The notes below the pieces were generated by a model. That model saw nothing but the letters and a program-made list of their open reading frames with translations. It did no database searches and had not been told where the DNA came from. 57,121 nucleotides of DNA, from positions 283,942-341,062 of the forward strand of contig JBAYGS010000001.1 in the NCBI GenBank assembly GCA_041666545.1, read 5' to 3'. The position numbers and the translations under genes were made by a program. The DNA is from Minisyncoccota bacterium (GTDB taxonomy: Bacteria; Patescibacteriota; Minisyncoccia; Phycocordibacterales; JBAYGS01). This document shows, piece after piece, positions 33,921-42,712 of this stretch. Within the stretch, counting starts at the first letter, position 1. Each line of letters opens with the position of its first letter.

Positions 33921-34610
33921 CTACTTTCCGCCCTTCCCTTTATCGCCGGACGGTTTGGACTCGGCTCCAGGAGTAGCTTCCTCACCTTCCTTAGGCTCTT
34001 TACCCTTCTTCTCGGAAAGTTCAATATTGGCAATATCAATTGGTTCGGCCGGCTTCTCTTCTTCTTTAACCGCTTCCGAAATGGCCGCAACTACTTCTTC
34101 CGGCTTACTCTTAAGAATCACTCCGTCCGGCAAAGCGATATCCTTGGCGTGAATTTTGCTATCAAGATTAATCAGAGCTGAAATATCAACCTGGATTGAG
34201 TGAGGCAAATCTTTCGGCAGAGCTTCGATTTCCAGTTCATGCAGAACTTTAACGAGTGTACCGCCCAAATCTTTAACGGCCGAAGAAGTGCCCATAAATT
34301 CAATCGGCACAGAAATTTCCAACTTCTTACCTTTTTCAATTACATAAAAATCAGCATGACGCGGGGTCTCCTTAACCGGGTCAAGATCAACCTCTTGAAT
34401 CAAGGCTTCGGCATCCACCCCTTCACCTTTGAGCTGAATGACGCTGGATTCACCGGCTTCTTTCAGAGCTTTTTCAAAGTCAGCCAATTTGATGGCAATC
34501 GGCGTGGATTTTTCCTTTCGGCCGTAAAAAACTGCCGGCATCAAACCTTCACTTCGGAGCTTTTTGAGAGCGTCTTTAGTATTTCGTTTTACAACATTAA
34601 GCGTAAGCAT
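33921..34610 (-). CDS. rplY: 50S ribosomal protein L25/Ctc form
   Basis: LRSEGLMPAVFYGR..., PRHADFY. ATG 34610 has TTGCGT, 16-nt spacer, TATAAT, then 9 nt upstream. Confidence 0.85.
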   Translation of the reverse strand: MLTLNVVKRNTKDALKKLRSEGLMPAVFYGRKEKSTPIAIKLADFEKALKEAGESSVIQLKGEGVDAEALIQEVDLDPVKETPRHADFYVIEKGKKLEISVPIEFMGTSSAVKDLGGTLVKVLHELEIEALPKDLPHSIQVDISALINLDSKIHAKDIALPDGVILKSKPEEVVAAISEAVKEEEKPAEPIDIANIELSEKKGKEPKEGEEATPGAESKPSGDKGKGGK

Positions 34611-34639
34611 TGTCCGACTATTATACACAGAAAAATTCT

Positions 34640-35608
34640 TTACGCAACTTGATTGGGTGGAACCTGCCCCTCAAGAACGGCTATTACATTTTGAGCCGAC
34701 ATCACGGCCATTTCGTGCCTTGCTTCAGCCGTGGCTGAAGCAATATGCGGAGTAAGCACTACATTAGGTAGCTTAGCCAAACCTTTGGCCAATTTTGGTT
34801 CAAATTCAAAAACATCGAGACCAGCTCCGGCGATTACCCCTGTTCGCAAGGCCTCTACCAAAGCAATTTCGTCCACCACTGGCCCACGAGAAGTGTTGAT
34901 GAGGTAGGCAGATTTCTTCATCACTGCCAAGCGCGCCGAATTGAGAAGATGGGTAGTTGAAGGTAAAAGTGGTACATGAATTGAAACAATATCAGCTTCG
35001 CGCAAAACTTCCTCAACAGTTGGTTTGAAAATCGCTCCGTATTGCTTCTCCAAATCCTCATTTCTCTTAACATCAAAATAGACGACCTTCATTTCAAAAC
35101 CGTGAAGCGCCCGATGCGCCACATCCGCGCCGATTCGGCCAGTGCCGATAATACCCAAAGTTTTGCCGGCCAGTTTGGTACCTTGAAAAATCATCGGATC
35201 CCAACCTTTGTATTTGCCGGCGCGCAGATATCTATCCCCTTCAACAATCTTACAGGTCAGAGCCAAAATCAAAGCCCAAGCATGCTCCGCCACCCGATCG
35301 GCACCACCGCCGGGAGTGTTGGTCACAAAAATTCCCCGCTTTTTCGCTTCTATGACATCAATGTTGTTATAGCCAATAGCATAATTGGCAAAGATTTTAG
35401 CGGTCGGCACCGCGTCAAAAATCTCTCTATCAATCTGATCCGTTAAAAGTGAGAGCACGGCATCATAAGGTTCCTTCTTCAGGGCCTTAATCAATTCTTT
35501 TTTACTTAAAGGTCGGGCTTTATTGCTCACATCAACTTCATAACCTTTATCCTGCAACATCTTGATACCGACTTCTGGAATTTGCCGAGTCACATAAACT
35601 TTTTTCAT
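34640..35608 (-). CDS. D-isomer-specific 2-hydroxyacid dehydrogenase (glyoxylate/hydroxypyruvate reductase-like)
   Basis: GIIGTGRIGADVAHR NAD site, plus the NTSRGPVVDE and LTPHIASAT motifs. Confidence 0.85.
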   Translation of the reverse strand: MKKVYVTRQIPEVGIKMLQDKGYEVDVSNKARPLSKKELIKALKKEPYDAVLSLLTDQIDREIFDAVPTAKIFANYAIGYNNIDVIEAKKRGIFVTNTPGGGADRVAEHAWALILALTCKIVEGDRYLRAGKYKGWDPMIFQGTKLAGKTLGIIGTGRIGADVAHRALHGFEMKVVYFDVKRNEDLEKQYGAIFKPTVEEVLREADIVSIHVPLLPSTTHLLNSARLAVMKKSAYLINTSRGPVVDEIALVEALRTGVIAGAGLDVFEFEPKLAKGLAKLPNVVLTPHIASATAEARHEMAVMSAQNVIAVLEGQVPPNQVA

Positions 35609-35617
35609 TTTATTGAT

Positions 35618-35914
35618 TTAACTTTTTAATAATCTGGAGGCAAATGGGCCGAAATATGCCTGGAACTCTTTACTGACTTTGACAAGATCTACCCCGGCGA
35701 GATTAGCAGGCTCAAGAAAATCGATGAGTAATCGGGTCTCCTTTATTTGTGCTTCACCTGCCCCGCTTGATTGACTATCAGCAAATATTTTAAGAATTCT
35801 CTGCCAAGATTGATCTTGGCCGACTTTATCACTCTGCTGCAAGCAATTTAAATAACGTCTAACCTCGCTTCCTAAATTAGCCATATAAAAAAGTGGTGAT
35901 CGTTGACCATTCAT
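35618..35914 (-). CDS. Hypothetical protein (98 aa)
   Basis: The ORF overlaps the upstream gene by ATGA (35911-35914). No family recognised. Confidence 0.45.
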   Translation of the reverse strand: MNGQRSPLFYMANLGSEVRRYLNCLQQSDKVGQDQSWQRILKIFADSQSSGAGEAQIKETRLLIDFLEPANLAGVDLVKVSKEFQAYFGPFASRLLKS

Positions 35915-36258
35915 AGTTTTATTCTAGCACTTAAAATATCCTTTATCTTCCCCCTCAACGAAACATCCCCAATCTCCATATCAAAATTACCTTGAGCGGG
36001 TCTAATATTAATAAGTGAAACATACTCAATCCAGTCGGCTGGATCCTTATCAAGTCTGATGTTAAACCCCCAAATGTCTTGTTGTTCAAAACCGTCCTCT
36101 AGTAATCTGATATTCGCATCCATGTGGTATTCCCCACCAAGTGCCAAGATTTCGTTCTCGACATCAACAACACCCTTAATCATGGAAACATAAAATTCCT
36201 TAGCCAGTTCTTTCACCTCTCTAATCCCAATCGAATCCTTGACAACAACAATCTTCAT
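35911..36258 (-). CDS. Hypothetical protein (115 aa)
   Basis: The ORF overlaps the fba stop by 4 nt, suggesting translational coupling. No family recognised. Confidence 0.5.
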   Translation of the reverse strand: MKIVVVKDSIGIREVKELAKEFYVSMIKGVVDVENEILALGGEYHMDANIRLLEDGFEQQDIWGFNIRLDKDPADWIEYVSLINIRPAQGNFDMEIGDVSLRGKIKDILSARIKL

Positions 36259-37124
36259 CGTAATCCATTAAACAACCTGAGTTTTTCCTCGACAACTCTT
36301 TCAACTGCCAAAACCACTGGCTTTAAATATTTGTATGGTGCCACCTGTTCCGGATCATCCTGGAGCGAAAGTGCCAGAGCTTTGCGGTAGGCCACACGAA
36401 GTTCGGTACTGATGTGAACAATCGCCACACCTGATGCAATCGCCCCCTTAAAATCTTCAAGTGAACCGCCTGAACCACCATGAAGCACGAGCGGCACGCC
36501 GACAGCTTCAGAAATTTCTTTAATCCTTTTGATATTTAAAGCCGGATCAACTCCGCCCTTGAGCATGCCGTGAATATTGCCGACCGCTGGCGCCAACATA
36601 TCTGCCCCGGTCAAATCTAGAAACTTTTTCGCTTCTTCCGGTTTGGTCAAAAACTCTTCGGTAATTTTCACGCCGACCGGAATTTCTTCCAAAACTTTTG
36701 ACGATTTGCCGATGAAACCCAACTCGGCCTCGACGATTACGTCTCGGCCGCAATTTTTTGCATAATCCGCGCATTTTTTAGTTTCCGCGACATTTTCATC
36801 AAAAGGCAACTCGGTACCGTCAAAAATCACGCTGTCAAAGCCGGCGTCAATTGCCTCTTTAACTCTTTCGAATGAATAAGTGTGATCAGCATTGAGAAAA
36901 ATTGGAAAATTATTTTCCTCACGCAAACTTTTGACCAGCGCCACTACTTCTTTAATTCCCACGAAATCCCTCTCACCTTCCGAAACCCCGATAATCACCG
37001 GTACATTCAGTTTTTTGGCGGCCTCAAAAATTCCATGAAGCATTTCCAAAGTTGCGATATTAAAATGACCGATCGCCGTTTTAGTTTTTCGGGCGTCATT
37101 CACATACTCCCTTAAGGTTTTCAT
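36255..37124 (-). CDS. fba: Class II fructose-bisphosphate aldolase
   Basis: NADHTYSF, EAELGFIG, VGNIHGM and LVLHGGSG motifs. Confidence 0.9.
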   Translation of the reverse strand: MKTLREYVNDARKTKTAIGHFNIATLEMLHGIFEAAKKLNVPVIIGVSEGERDFVGIKEVVALVKSLREENNFPIFLNADHTYSFERVKEAIDAGFDSVIFDGTELPFDENVAETKKCADYAKNCGRDVIVEAELGFIGKSSKVLEEIPVGVKITEEFLTKPEEAKKFLDLTGADMLAPAVGNIHGMLKGGVDPALNIKRIKEISEAVGVPLVLHGGSGGSLEDFKGAIASGVAIVHISTELRVAYRKALALSLQDDPEQVAPYKYLKPVVLAVERVVEEKLRLFNGLR

Positions 37125-37138
37125 TCCAAAATTATATC

Positions 37139-37259
37139 ATCCCGTTAGAGATAGGTCATCCAAGATGACCGTTTTAATTTGCAATATCGTCAAATACTTG
37201 CGACAAGTGACTTTTAAATTGATACGTAAAATTACACAACAAGACATCTCTAACGGGAT
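37139..37259. repeat. Inverted-repeat element B: perfect 14-nt arms around a 93-nt core
   Basis: ATCCCGTTAGAGAT (37139-37152) and ATCTCTAACGGGAT (37246-37259). The arms are shared with element A and the cores are unrelated. Confidence 0.9.
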
Positions 37260-37262
37260 ATC

Positions 37263-37417
37263 ACAAAAAGAAAAGGCTCCGTTTGGGGACGGAGCCGGGT
37301 TCTTAGCCCTGCCATTTTTCGTTTTTGTCTCGAGCACAATGGTCAAACCCGAGCTATAGCCCTATTTCTGTCCTGCCGAGAAGAGCGGGCCACTCTCTAC
37401 GGGAGCTTCGATCAAGC
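37263..37417 (-). ncRNA. Candidate ~155-nt small RNA with its own promoter and terminator, class unknown
   Basis: The promoter is at 37424-37451. The terminator is GGCTCCGT (37275-37282) / ACGGAGCC (37289-37296), then TTTTCTTTTTGT on the minus strand. No credible ORF. Confidence 0.35.
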
Positions 37418-37423
37418 TTTTAA

Positions 37424-37451
37424 ATTGTACAAGATTAAGTCCGGGTTGCAA
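37424..37451 (-). promoter_or_regulatory. Promoter of the candidate small RNA
   Basis: TTGCAA (37451-37446), 16-nt spacer, TACAAT (37429-37424). Confidence 0.5.
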
Positions 37452-37521
37452 TCACTCTCTTGCATTTATTCCGTTTAGGTCTAGGATAAAGTCAGACAAC
37501 AATTCGAGCAGAAGGAACAAC

Positions 37522-37971
37522 ATGAATAAAATCTGGAGCCTTTTTTGTAGCTTTTGTTGGATCATTTGGGTAATAGTCAACAACCTGATCCCAATTATCA
37601 TCAACATCTGTATCCTTTTGGTAATTGCTTTGTGTTGTTTCCTCTTCGGAAAGGATATAAACAAACTGGGAAGGACCGAGAATGTCGAGCTTACTCGTTG
37701 GCCCAAATGGTTAACTTTGGGTGGAATCAGAATTTTACCGATTCATCTCTTCCTGATTTGGATTGTCGCCGGAGCTTTTTGGTATCCGGAGACCACAATC
37801 TCGGCTCTGAAACTTTCCGGCTGGTTAGTCGTCCTTCCCGTTCTCGTCACCATACCGCTCGCTCCGCTATTCCAACTCTACTGTGATTGGGCGGCAGACC
37901 ACAGGTGGTCACTTTATCGCGATGATGAAAGCGAGCAAGACTACAGACTCTACTCGAGCAAAGGGGTCTAG
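37522..37971 (+). CDS. Hypothetical membrane protein
   Basis: Several hydrophobic helices. The SD GAAGGA lies 7 nt before the ATG. The terminator AAACCGGCCAAATTGGCTGGTTTTT follows. Confidence 0.6.
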   Translation: MNKIWSLFCSFCWIIWVIVNNLIPIIINICILLVIALCCFLFGKDINKLGRTENVELTRWPKWLTLGGIRILPIHLFLIWIVAGAFWYPETTISALKLSGWLVVLPVLVTIPLAPLFQLYCDWAADHRWSLYRDDESEQDYRLYSSKGV

Positions 37972-38061
37972 ACCCCAGAACTTCAAACCGGCCAAATTGG
38001 CTGGTTTTTAAATTCAGACAAAACTTGGATTAAGTGAACAGTTTGGTGCTATAATTTCCTC

Positions 38062-39057
38062 ATGTTTTCCAAACCCCTAGATTTACTGGCTATCGGCGAT
38101 ATTACCATCGACGCCTTTATCAAACTCAAAGAAGCCGAGGTTCATTGTGATGTCGACCGCGACGAGTGCCAAATTTGCATGGACTTCGCCAGTAAAGTCC
38201 CCTACGAGTCGGTTGAAGAGGTGCCGGCCGTTGGCAATAGCGCGAACGCGGCCGTCTCGGCCGCGAGGCTTGGCCTTCAGTCTGGTTTAGTTGCCCACCT
38301 TGGAGCCGATAAAAATGGCCGAACTTGCCTTTCAGTCCTAAGAAAGGAAAAAGTTCGCACTAAATATGTTTCAATCGAAAAAGGTAAAAAGACCAATTAC
38401 CACTATGTCCTATGGTATGACGCTGAGCGAACCATTTTGGTCAAGCATCAAGATTTTAAATACTCACTTCCCAACCTCAAATCGCCAAAATGGATTTATT
38501 TAAGCTCTCTCGCAAGTGGCACCGAAAAATATCATCAAGAAATAATCTCCTATCTCGCAGCCAATCCGAAAGTTAAATTAGCCTTCCAACCCGGCACCTT
38601 CCAAATGGTTTTGGGCACAGAATTTTTGGCGCCGATTTATCAAAGAAGCGAGATTTTTATCTGCAATGTCCAAGAGGCTGAAAAAATTCTAAAACTTGGT
38701 AAATCTGAAATTAAAGTCTTGCTGGCCGGCATCAGAACCTTGGGACCAAAAACTGTCTTAATCACCGATGGTCCAAAAGGTTCTTACCTCCTAGATGATT
38801 CCGGTAGCTATTTTATGATGACCTATCCGGACCCAAAGCCCCCTTATGAGCGAACCGGGGCCGGTGACGCTTTCGCTTCAACTTTTGTTTCTGCCGTAAT
38901 TTTGGGCAATGCCAATAAAGAAGCTCTCATGTGGGCGAGCATAAATGCCATGTCAGTAGTCCAGAAAGTTGGAGCACAAAAAGGCTTACTGTCGCCGACC
39001 GAAATCAAAACATTTTTGGACAAGGCCCCTACAGACTTCAGACCAGTTACAATCTAG
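38062..39057 (+). CDS. PfkB-family carbohydrate/nucleoside kinase
   Basis: N-terminal IGDITIDAF..., C-terminal TGAGDAFASTF. Confidence 0.85.
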   Translation: MFSKPLDLLAIGDITIDAFIKLKEAEVHCDVDRDECQICMDFASKVPYESVEEVPAVGNSANAAVSAARLGLQSGLVAHLGADKNGRTCLSVLRKEKVRTKYVSIEKGKKTNYHYVLWYDAERTILVKHQDFKYSLPNLKSPKWIYLSSLASGTEKYHQEIISYLAANPKVKLAFQPGTFQMVLGTEFLAPIYQRSEIFICNVQEAEKILKLGKSEIKVLLAGIRTLGPKTVLITDGPKGSYLLDDSGSYFMMTYPDPKPPYERTGAGDAFASTFVSAVILGNANKEALMWASINAMSVVQKVGAQKGLLSPTEIKTFLDKAPTDFRPVTI

Positions 39058-39066
39058 ACTACTTCG

Positions 39067-39723
39067 ATGAATTTAAACTTCTGGAAAAAACCGGTAGACG
39101 GCGGTGAAATCGAACAGAAAGCAGAGACCGGTGATAACACTCAAGAATTTAGCAAGGAAGAAATCCCTAATCCAGAGAAATTTTGGGCCCAGAGGAAAGC
39201 CGAGATCGCCAAGGCCAGAGCCACTATTCCGGAGGCCAAGGATTTAAACGAACTAAAAAATTTAATCACAACAATCGGTGAAATTAAGGAGGGAGCTTCT
39301 TCCAGTTACGTAAACTGGGCAATTGACCGCGCCGTTGAAAGTGTCCGATGGGCAACCCAACTGGGCGAAACTGAACCTCTGGTCGCACTCGAAAATGTCA
39401 CCGCCACCGACAAAATCAGACAAAAAGCAACCGAGCTCATTGTCGAGTTGATGGCCAAGGAATTTCCTGACAAGTCTTCCCTTCTTGAAGAAGCCTCTGA
39501 GACCGCCACTAACCAGAAGACTGACCCAGTTTCAGAAAGATTAAGTGATCTTAGAAATCAGCTTTCCAAAAAACAGCTTGAGTATTCAAAGCTCTACCAA
39601 AACAAATCCCGAGCAATTATCCAAGCTTTCCAAGGCAAACTTAAAGATGAGATGCGTGTATTAGAAAATCAGATTGCTTCACTGACCGAGAAAAAGACCG
39701 GACCGGGGCCGAAGAAAAGATAA
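39067..39723 (+). CDS. Hypothetical coiled-coil protein
   Basis: 218-aa ORF starting 9 nt after the pfkB stop. No family recognised. Confidence 0.5.
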   Translation: MNLNFWKKPVDGGEIEQKAETGDNTQEFSKEEIPNPEKFWAQRKAEIAKARATIPEAKDLNELKNLITTIGEIKEGASSSYVNWAIDRAVESVRWATQLGETEPLVALENVTATDKIRQKATELIVELMAKEFPDKSSLLEEASETATNQKTDPVSERLSDLRNQLSKKQLEYSKLYQNKSRAIIQAFQGKLKDEMRVLENQIASLTEKKTGPGPKKR

Positions 39724-39733
39724 CCGCCAAGAA

Positions 39734-39967
39734 CTATTTAGTTTTGCGTTTAATCTTCCGAGTATAATTAAGCCAGGCTGGTCCAACTGAAAGAATGTCC
39801 TCAATTTCTTTGACTGAAAATTTAAGCAAACGCACAATCTGTTTGAAACAAGCCTTGCAAATATGAAATCTTTTAACTTCACAGGTCTTTCGGGGCGGAC
39901 TTAAAAGAATGCCCCCGAAAGCGGTCAGCCCTTTTTTACAAAAATCACAATTTGGTTTAATCGACAT
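39734..39967 (-). CDS. Small CxxC...CxxC zinc-ribbon-like protein
   Basis: MSIKPNCDFCKK...CKAC. ATG 39967 lies 7 nt after TAGAAT (39980-39975). Confidence 0.45.
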   Translation of the reverse strand: MSIKPNCDFCKKGLTAFGGILLSPPRKTCEVKRFHICKACFKQIVRLLKFSVKEIEDILSVGPAWLNYTRKIKRKTK

Positions 39968-39980
39968 AATATAAATTCTA

Positions 39981-40017
39981 TCAAGGCTCAACCTCGCTAA
40001 GCGAGGTTGAGCCTTGA
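39981..40017. repeat. Perfect 17-bp stem hairpin after the transketolase C-half
   Basis: TCAAGGCTCAACCTCGC TAA GCGAGGTTGAGCCTTGA. Confidence 0.8.
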
Positions 40018-40019
40018 TG

Positions 40020-41027
40020 TTATTTTGCCTTACGTTTTAAGACTTTTTTAAGCGCTTCTTTAATGTGCCTCTCGCCCATTCCGTAGTATTCAATCAGTTC
40101 ATCTGGCGTACCGGACTGACCAAACTTATCATCTACACCGACAAATTCAACCGGCACTGGTTGATTTTTTGCCAAAACTTCGGCAACCGCACTACCCATT
40201 CCCCCGGCGATCTGATGCTCCTCCACTGTCACAATGCATCCGGCATCTTTGGCCAGATTAATGACTGCTCTTTCGTCTATTGGCTTGATGGTCGAAAGAT
40301 TCAAAACTGTCACTCCGATTTTTTCTTTTTCCAATTCTCGAGCCACTTGCAAAGCTTTGTAGACAAGCGCACCGGTCGCAATAATTCCCACATCCGGCTT
40401 CCCCGCAATTGGCTGGAAAAATACTTGGGCCTTGCCGATTTCAAACGGCGTCGCCTCGGTCGTCATCACCGGAGTCTTTTCCCGAGCTAAGCGTAAATAA
40501 GTCGGGCTGTCGGTTGTAGCGCAGGCAATCGTGGCCTTCTTTGCCTCAATCGAATCACAAGGCGAAATCACCACCATTCTCGGGATGACGCGCGTAATCG
40601 CAATGTCCTCAATAGCTTGGTGTGTACCGCCGTCCGGCCCCACAGATACTCCAGCGTGACTACCGGCGATTTTTACGGGCCGGTTGTTATAACAAATCGT
40701 GGTGCGAATCTGCTCCCAATTCCGACCAGGAGAAAATACAGCGTAAGAAGAAATGAAAGGAATGTTCCCCATCGCCGCCATGCCACTCGCGACCGTCGCT
40801 AGGTTTTGTTCCGCTACCCCGATTTCCACAAATCTCTCGGGAAATTTTTTCTTAAACAAATGCATCTGCGTTGATTCGGTCAAATCTGCGCACAATCCGA
40901 CCACCCTCTCATCCTTTTCCCCTGCAGCCAAAAGACCTTCACCAAACCCTTTTCGGATCGGCACCTGCTCGACATCCTTATCGAATATTTTCGGATTGAG
41001 TTTTTGTGATTGATTGATCATACTCAT
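40020..41027 (-). CDS. Transketolase, C-terminal half (pyrimidine-binding and C-terminal domains)
   Basis: RKGFGEGL..., FVEIGVAEQN, GSHAGVSVGPDGGTHQAIEDIA. Confidence 0.9.
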   Translation of the reverse strand: MSMINQSQKLNPKIFDKDVEQVPIRKGFGEGLLAAGEKDERVVGLCADLTESTQMHLFKKKFPERFVEIGVAEQNLATVASGMAAMGNIPFISSYAVFSPGRNWEQIRTTICYNNRPVKIAGSHAGVSVGPDGGTHQAIEDIAITRVIPRMVVISPCDSIEAKKATIACATTDSPTYLRLAREKTPVMTTEATPFEIGKAQVFFQPIAGKPDVGIIATGALVYKALQVARELEKEKIGVTVLNLSTIKPIDERAVINLAKDAGCIVTVEEHQIAGGMGSAVAEVLAKNQPVPVEFVGVDDKFGQSGTPDELIEYYGMGERHIKEALKKVLKRKAK

Positions 41028-41815
41028 TTAACAATGTTCTCACTTTCATAATCCAGGACTCGCACCGCTAAAGGTATTTTAGATTTTTCAAATAAGAAAA
41101 AATAATATTTGTCTTTTTCAGGAAGCGGCTTGTCACCAAAATTAAACATGGGCATTTGTAATGTCTTGGAACGATTCGTAGTACAAACCTTACACTGCGC
41201 ACCACCCCCACAATAACATTCCTCGAATAAGACGGTTACCTGAACAGGAGCTCCTGGCGCACATGGCTCACACGAGGCCCCTAGAGGGCAGCTGCACGGA
41301 TTATAAATATCATCAACCTTTGCAGTCCCCCGGTAATATCCTGAGGTGTTTAAATCATCCAATACTTTAACCTGTCCAAATGCAATGTTTTCAGCAGAAT
41401 CCCAGGCATCTTTAAATACTGAATTACGCTCAAATAAAAATGTTGGGTTGCGCACTAAAGTATCAACGTCTTCGAACGAGGTCGGGACTTGCTGCGTATA
41501 AACATTAAGTCCATAAATAACGCCCAATCCTAACAAAATTTCTACCATAAAAAATCCAACGGGCGCCAAAACTTTTGATCTCCACCCCATTATCCAATGT
41601 TTACGAGAATAACGGAAAGCCATTACAAAAACTATTAAGAAGCCGGCAAAAGATGCCAGACCGATCAAAGACATCGCCTTCTCGGTATCTCCGAACAACA
41701 CCAGACCAAAAAAAGTAAACCCAAAAAACAAACCGGCTACAGCTCCAAGAATGCCGAGTGCAATCCCCCACAAAACACCTAGGACATTATTTGATTTTAC
41801 ATTGTCATTTTCCAT
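41024..41815 (-). CDS. Membrane protein with a Cys-rich extracytoplasmic C-terminal domain, hypothetical
   Basis: Four predicted TM helices, then NPCSCPLGASCEPCAPGAP...CYCGGGAQCKVC. It overlaps the next gene by ATGA. Confidence 0.55.
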   Translation of the reverse strand: MENDNVKSNNVLGVLWGIALGILGAVAGLFFGFTFFGLVLFGDTEKAMSLIGLASFAGFLIVFVMAFRYSRKHWIMGWRSKVLAPVGFFMVEILLGLGVIYGLNVYTQQVPTSFEDVDTLVRNPTFLFERNSVFKDAWDSAENIAFGQVKVLDDLNTSGYYRGTAKVDDIYNPCSCPLGASCEPCAPGAPVQVTVLFEECYCGGGAQCKVCTTNRSKTLQMPMFNFGDKPLPEKDKYYFFLFEKSKIPLAVRVLDYESENIVK

Positions 41816-41842
41816 TTTGAGATTTACATTTTGATTTAATTT

Positions 41843-42712
41843 CTACTCATGTTCACTCCTAATCTTCCCTCCCAAGGTCCTCAACTCCTTAAGTGCCATT
41901 TCCCCCTCCTCCTTATTCGGTGGCTTACCGTGCCATTCAAATTTTCGTTCAAATTGCGGAACACCCTTGGAAGCAATCGTATTGGCAATAATCACCGATG
42001 GTTTATCAAAAACCGCGTGCGCATCGCCAATCGCCCGGTCGATATCGACAAAATTGTGTCCGTCAATTTCCTGAACATGCCAATTCCAAGCTCGCCACTT
42101 ATCAGCCAGAGGATTCAAGGGCATAATATCTTCCGTAAAACCGTCAATTTGAATATTATTTCGATCAACAATCGCGGTCAGATTTTGTAATTTTTCCTTA
42201 CCGGCCAGCATCGCCCCTTCCCAGCTATTACCACAATCAAGCTCGCCGTCCGACATCAAACAGTAAAACTGCCTACCGGAAGTTTTGCCATTATCAACCC
42301 TATCAGCCAAGGCCATCCCGACAGTTTGGGAAAGACCAGAACCGAGTGGACCCGAGCTCGTCTCGAGCTCGGGCATAAAATCTCGGTGCGGGTGACCTTG
42401 AAACTTGGTACCGAACTTTCGCAAAGTCTTTTTAAACTCATCAACTGAAAAATATCCGGCATGCGACATCGTGGCATAAAGCACCGGACAAATATGACCG
42501 TTGGAGAGTACTAATCGATCTCTATCCGGCCAATCCGGTTTTTGAGGATTGTGTTTGAGTTTGTGAAAATATAGATAAGTAAAAATATCGGCCATATCCA
42601 AAGGACCGGCCGTATGTCCGGATTTAGCTTCAACCAACGCCTCTATAATTGTCTGGCGAATTTGGTTGGCCTGAAGCTCTAACTTTTTAATTTGCTCACT
42701 ATTAAGCGACAT
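41843..42712 (-). CDS. Transketolase, N-terminal half (thiamine-diphosphate binding)
   Basis: SGHTAGPLDMADI, LSNGH, GPLGSGLSQTVGMA, MSDGELDCGNSWE. Confidence 0.9.
   Translation of the reverse strand: MSLNSEQIKKLELQANQIRQTIIEALVEAKSGHTAGPLDMADIFTYLYFHKLKHNPQKPDWPDRDRLVLSNGHICPVLYATMSHAGYFSVDEFKKTLRKFGTKFQGHPHRDFMPELETSSGPLGSGLSQTVGMALADRVDNGKTSGRQFYCLMSDGELDCGNSWEGAMLAGKEKLQNLTAIVDRNNIQIDGFTEDIMPLNPLADKWRAWNWHVQEIDGHNFVDIDRAIGDAHAVFDKPSVIIANTIASKGVPQFERKFEWHGKPPNKEEGEMALKELRTLGGKIRSEHE

Noticed and set aside
37137-37359. ORFs 37137-37346 (-) and 37165-37359 (+) as small proteins.
   Set aside because: They run through inverted-repeat element B and the small-RNA terminator, lack start signals, and overlap each other antisense.
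37263-37451. RNase P RNA or SRP RNA at this locus.
   Set aside because: AAGTCCGGG (plus strand, about 37437-37445) and GAACCCGGCT (minus strand, about 37291-37300) resemble RNase P motifs. However, they lie on opposite strands and the unit is far too short. No GGAA-tetraloop/AGCAGC SRP domain IV motif was seen. A proper covariance-model scan is still needed.
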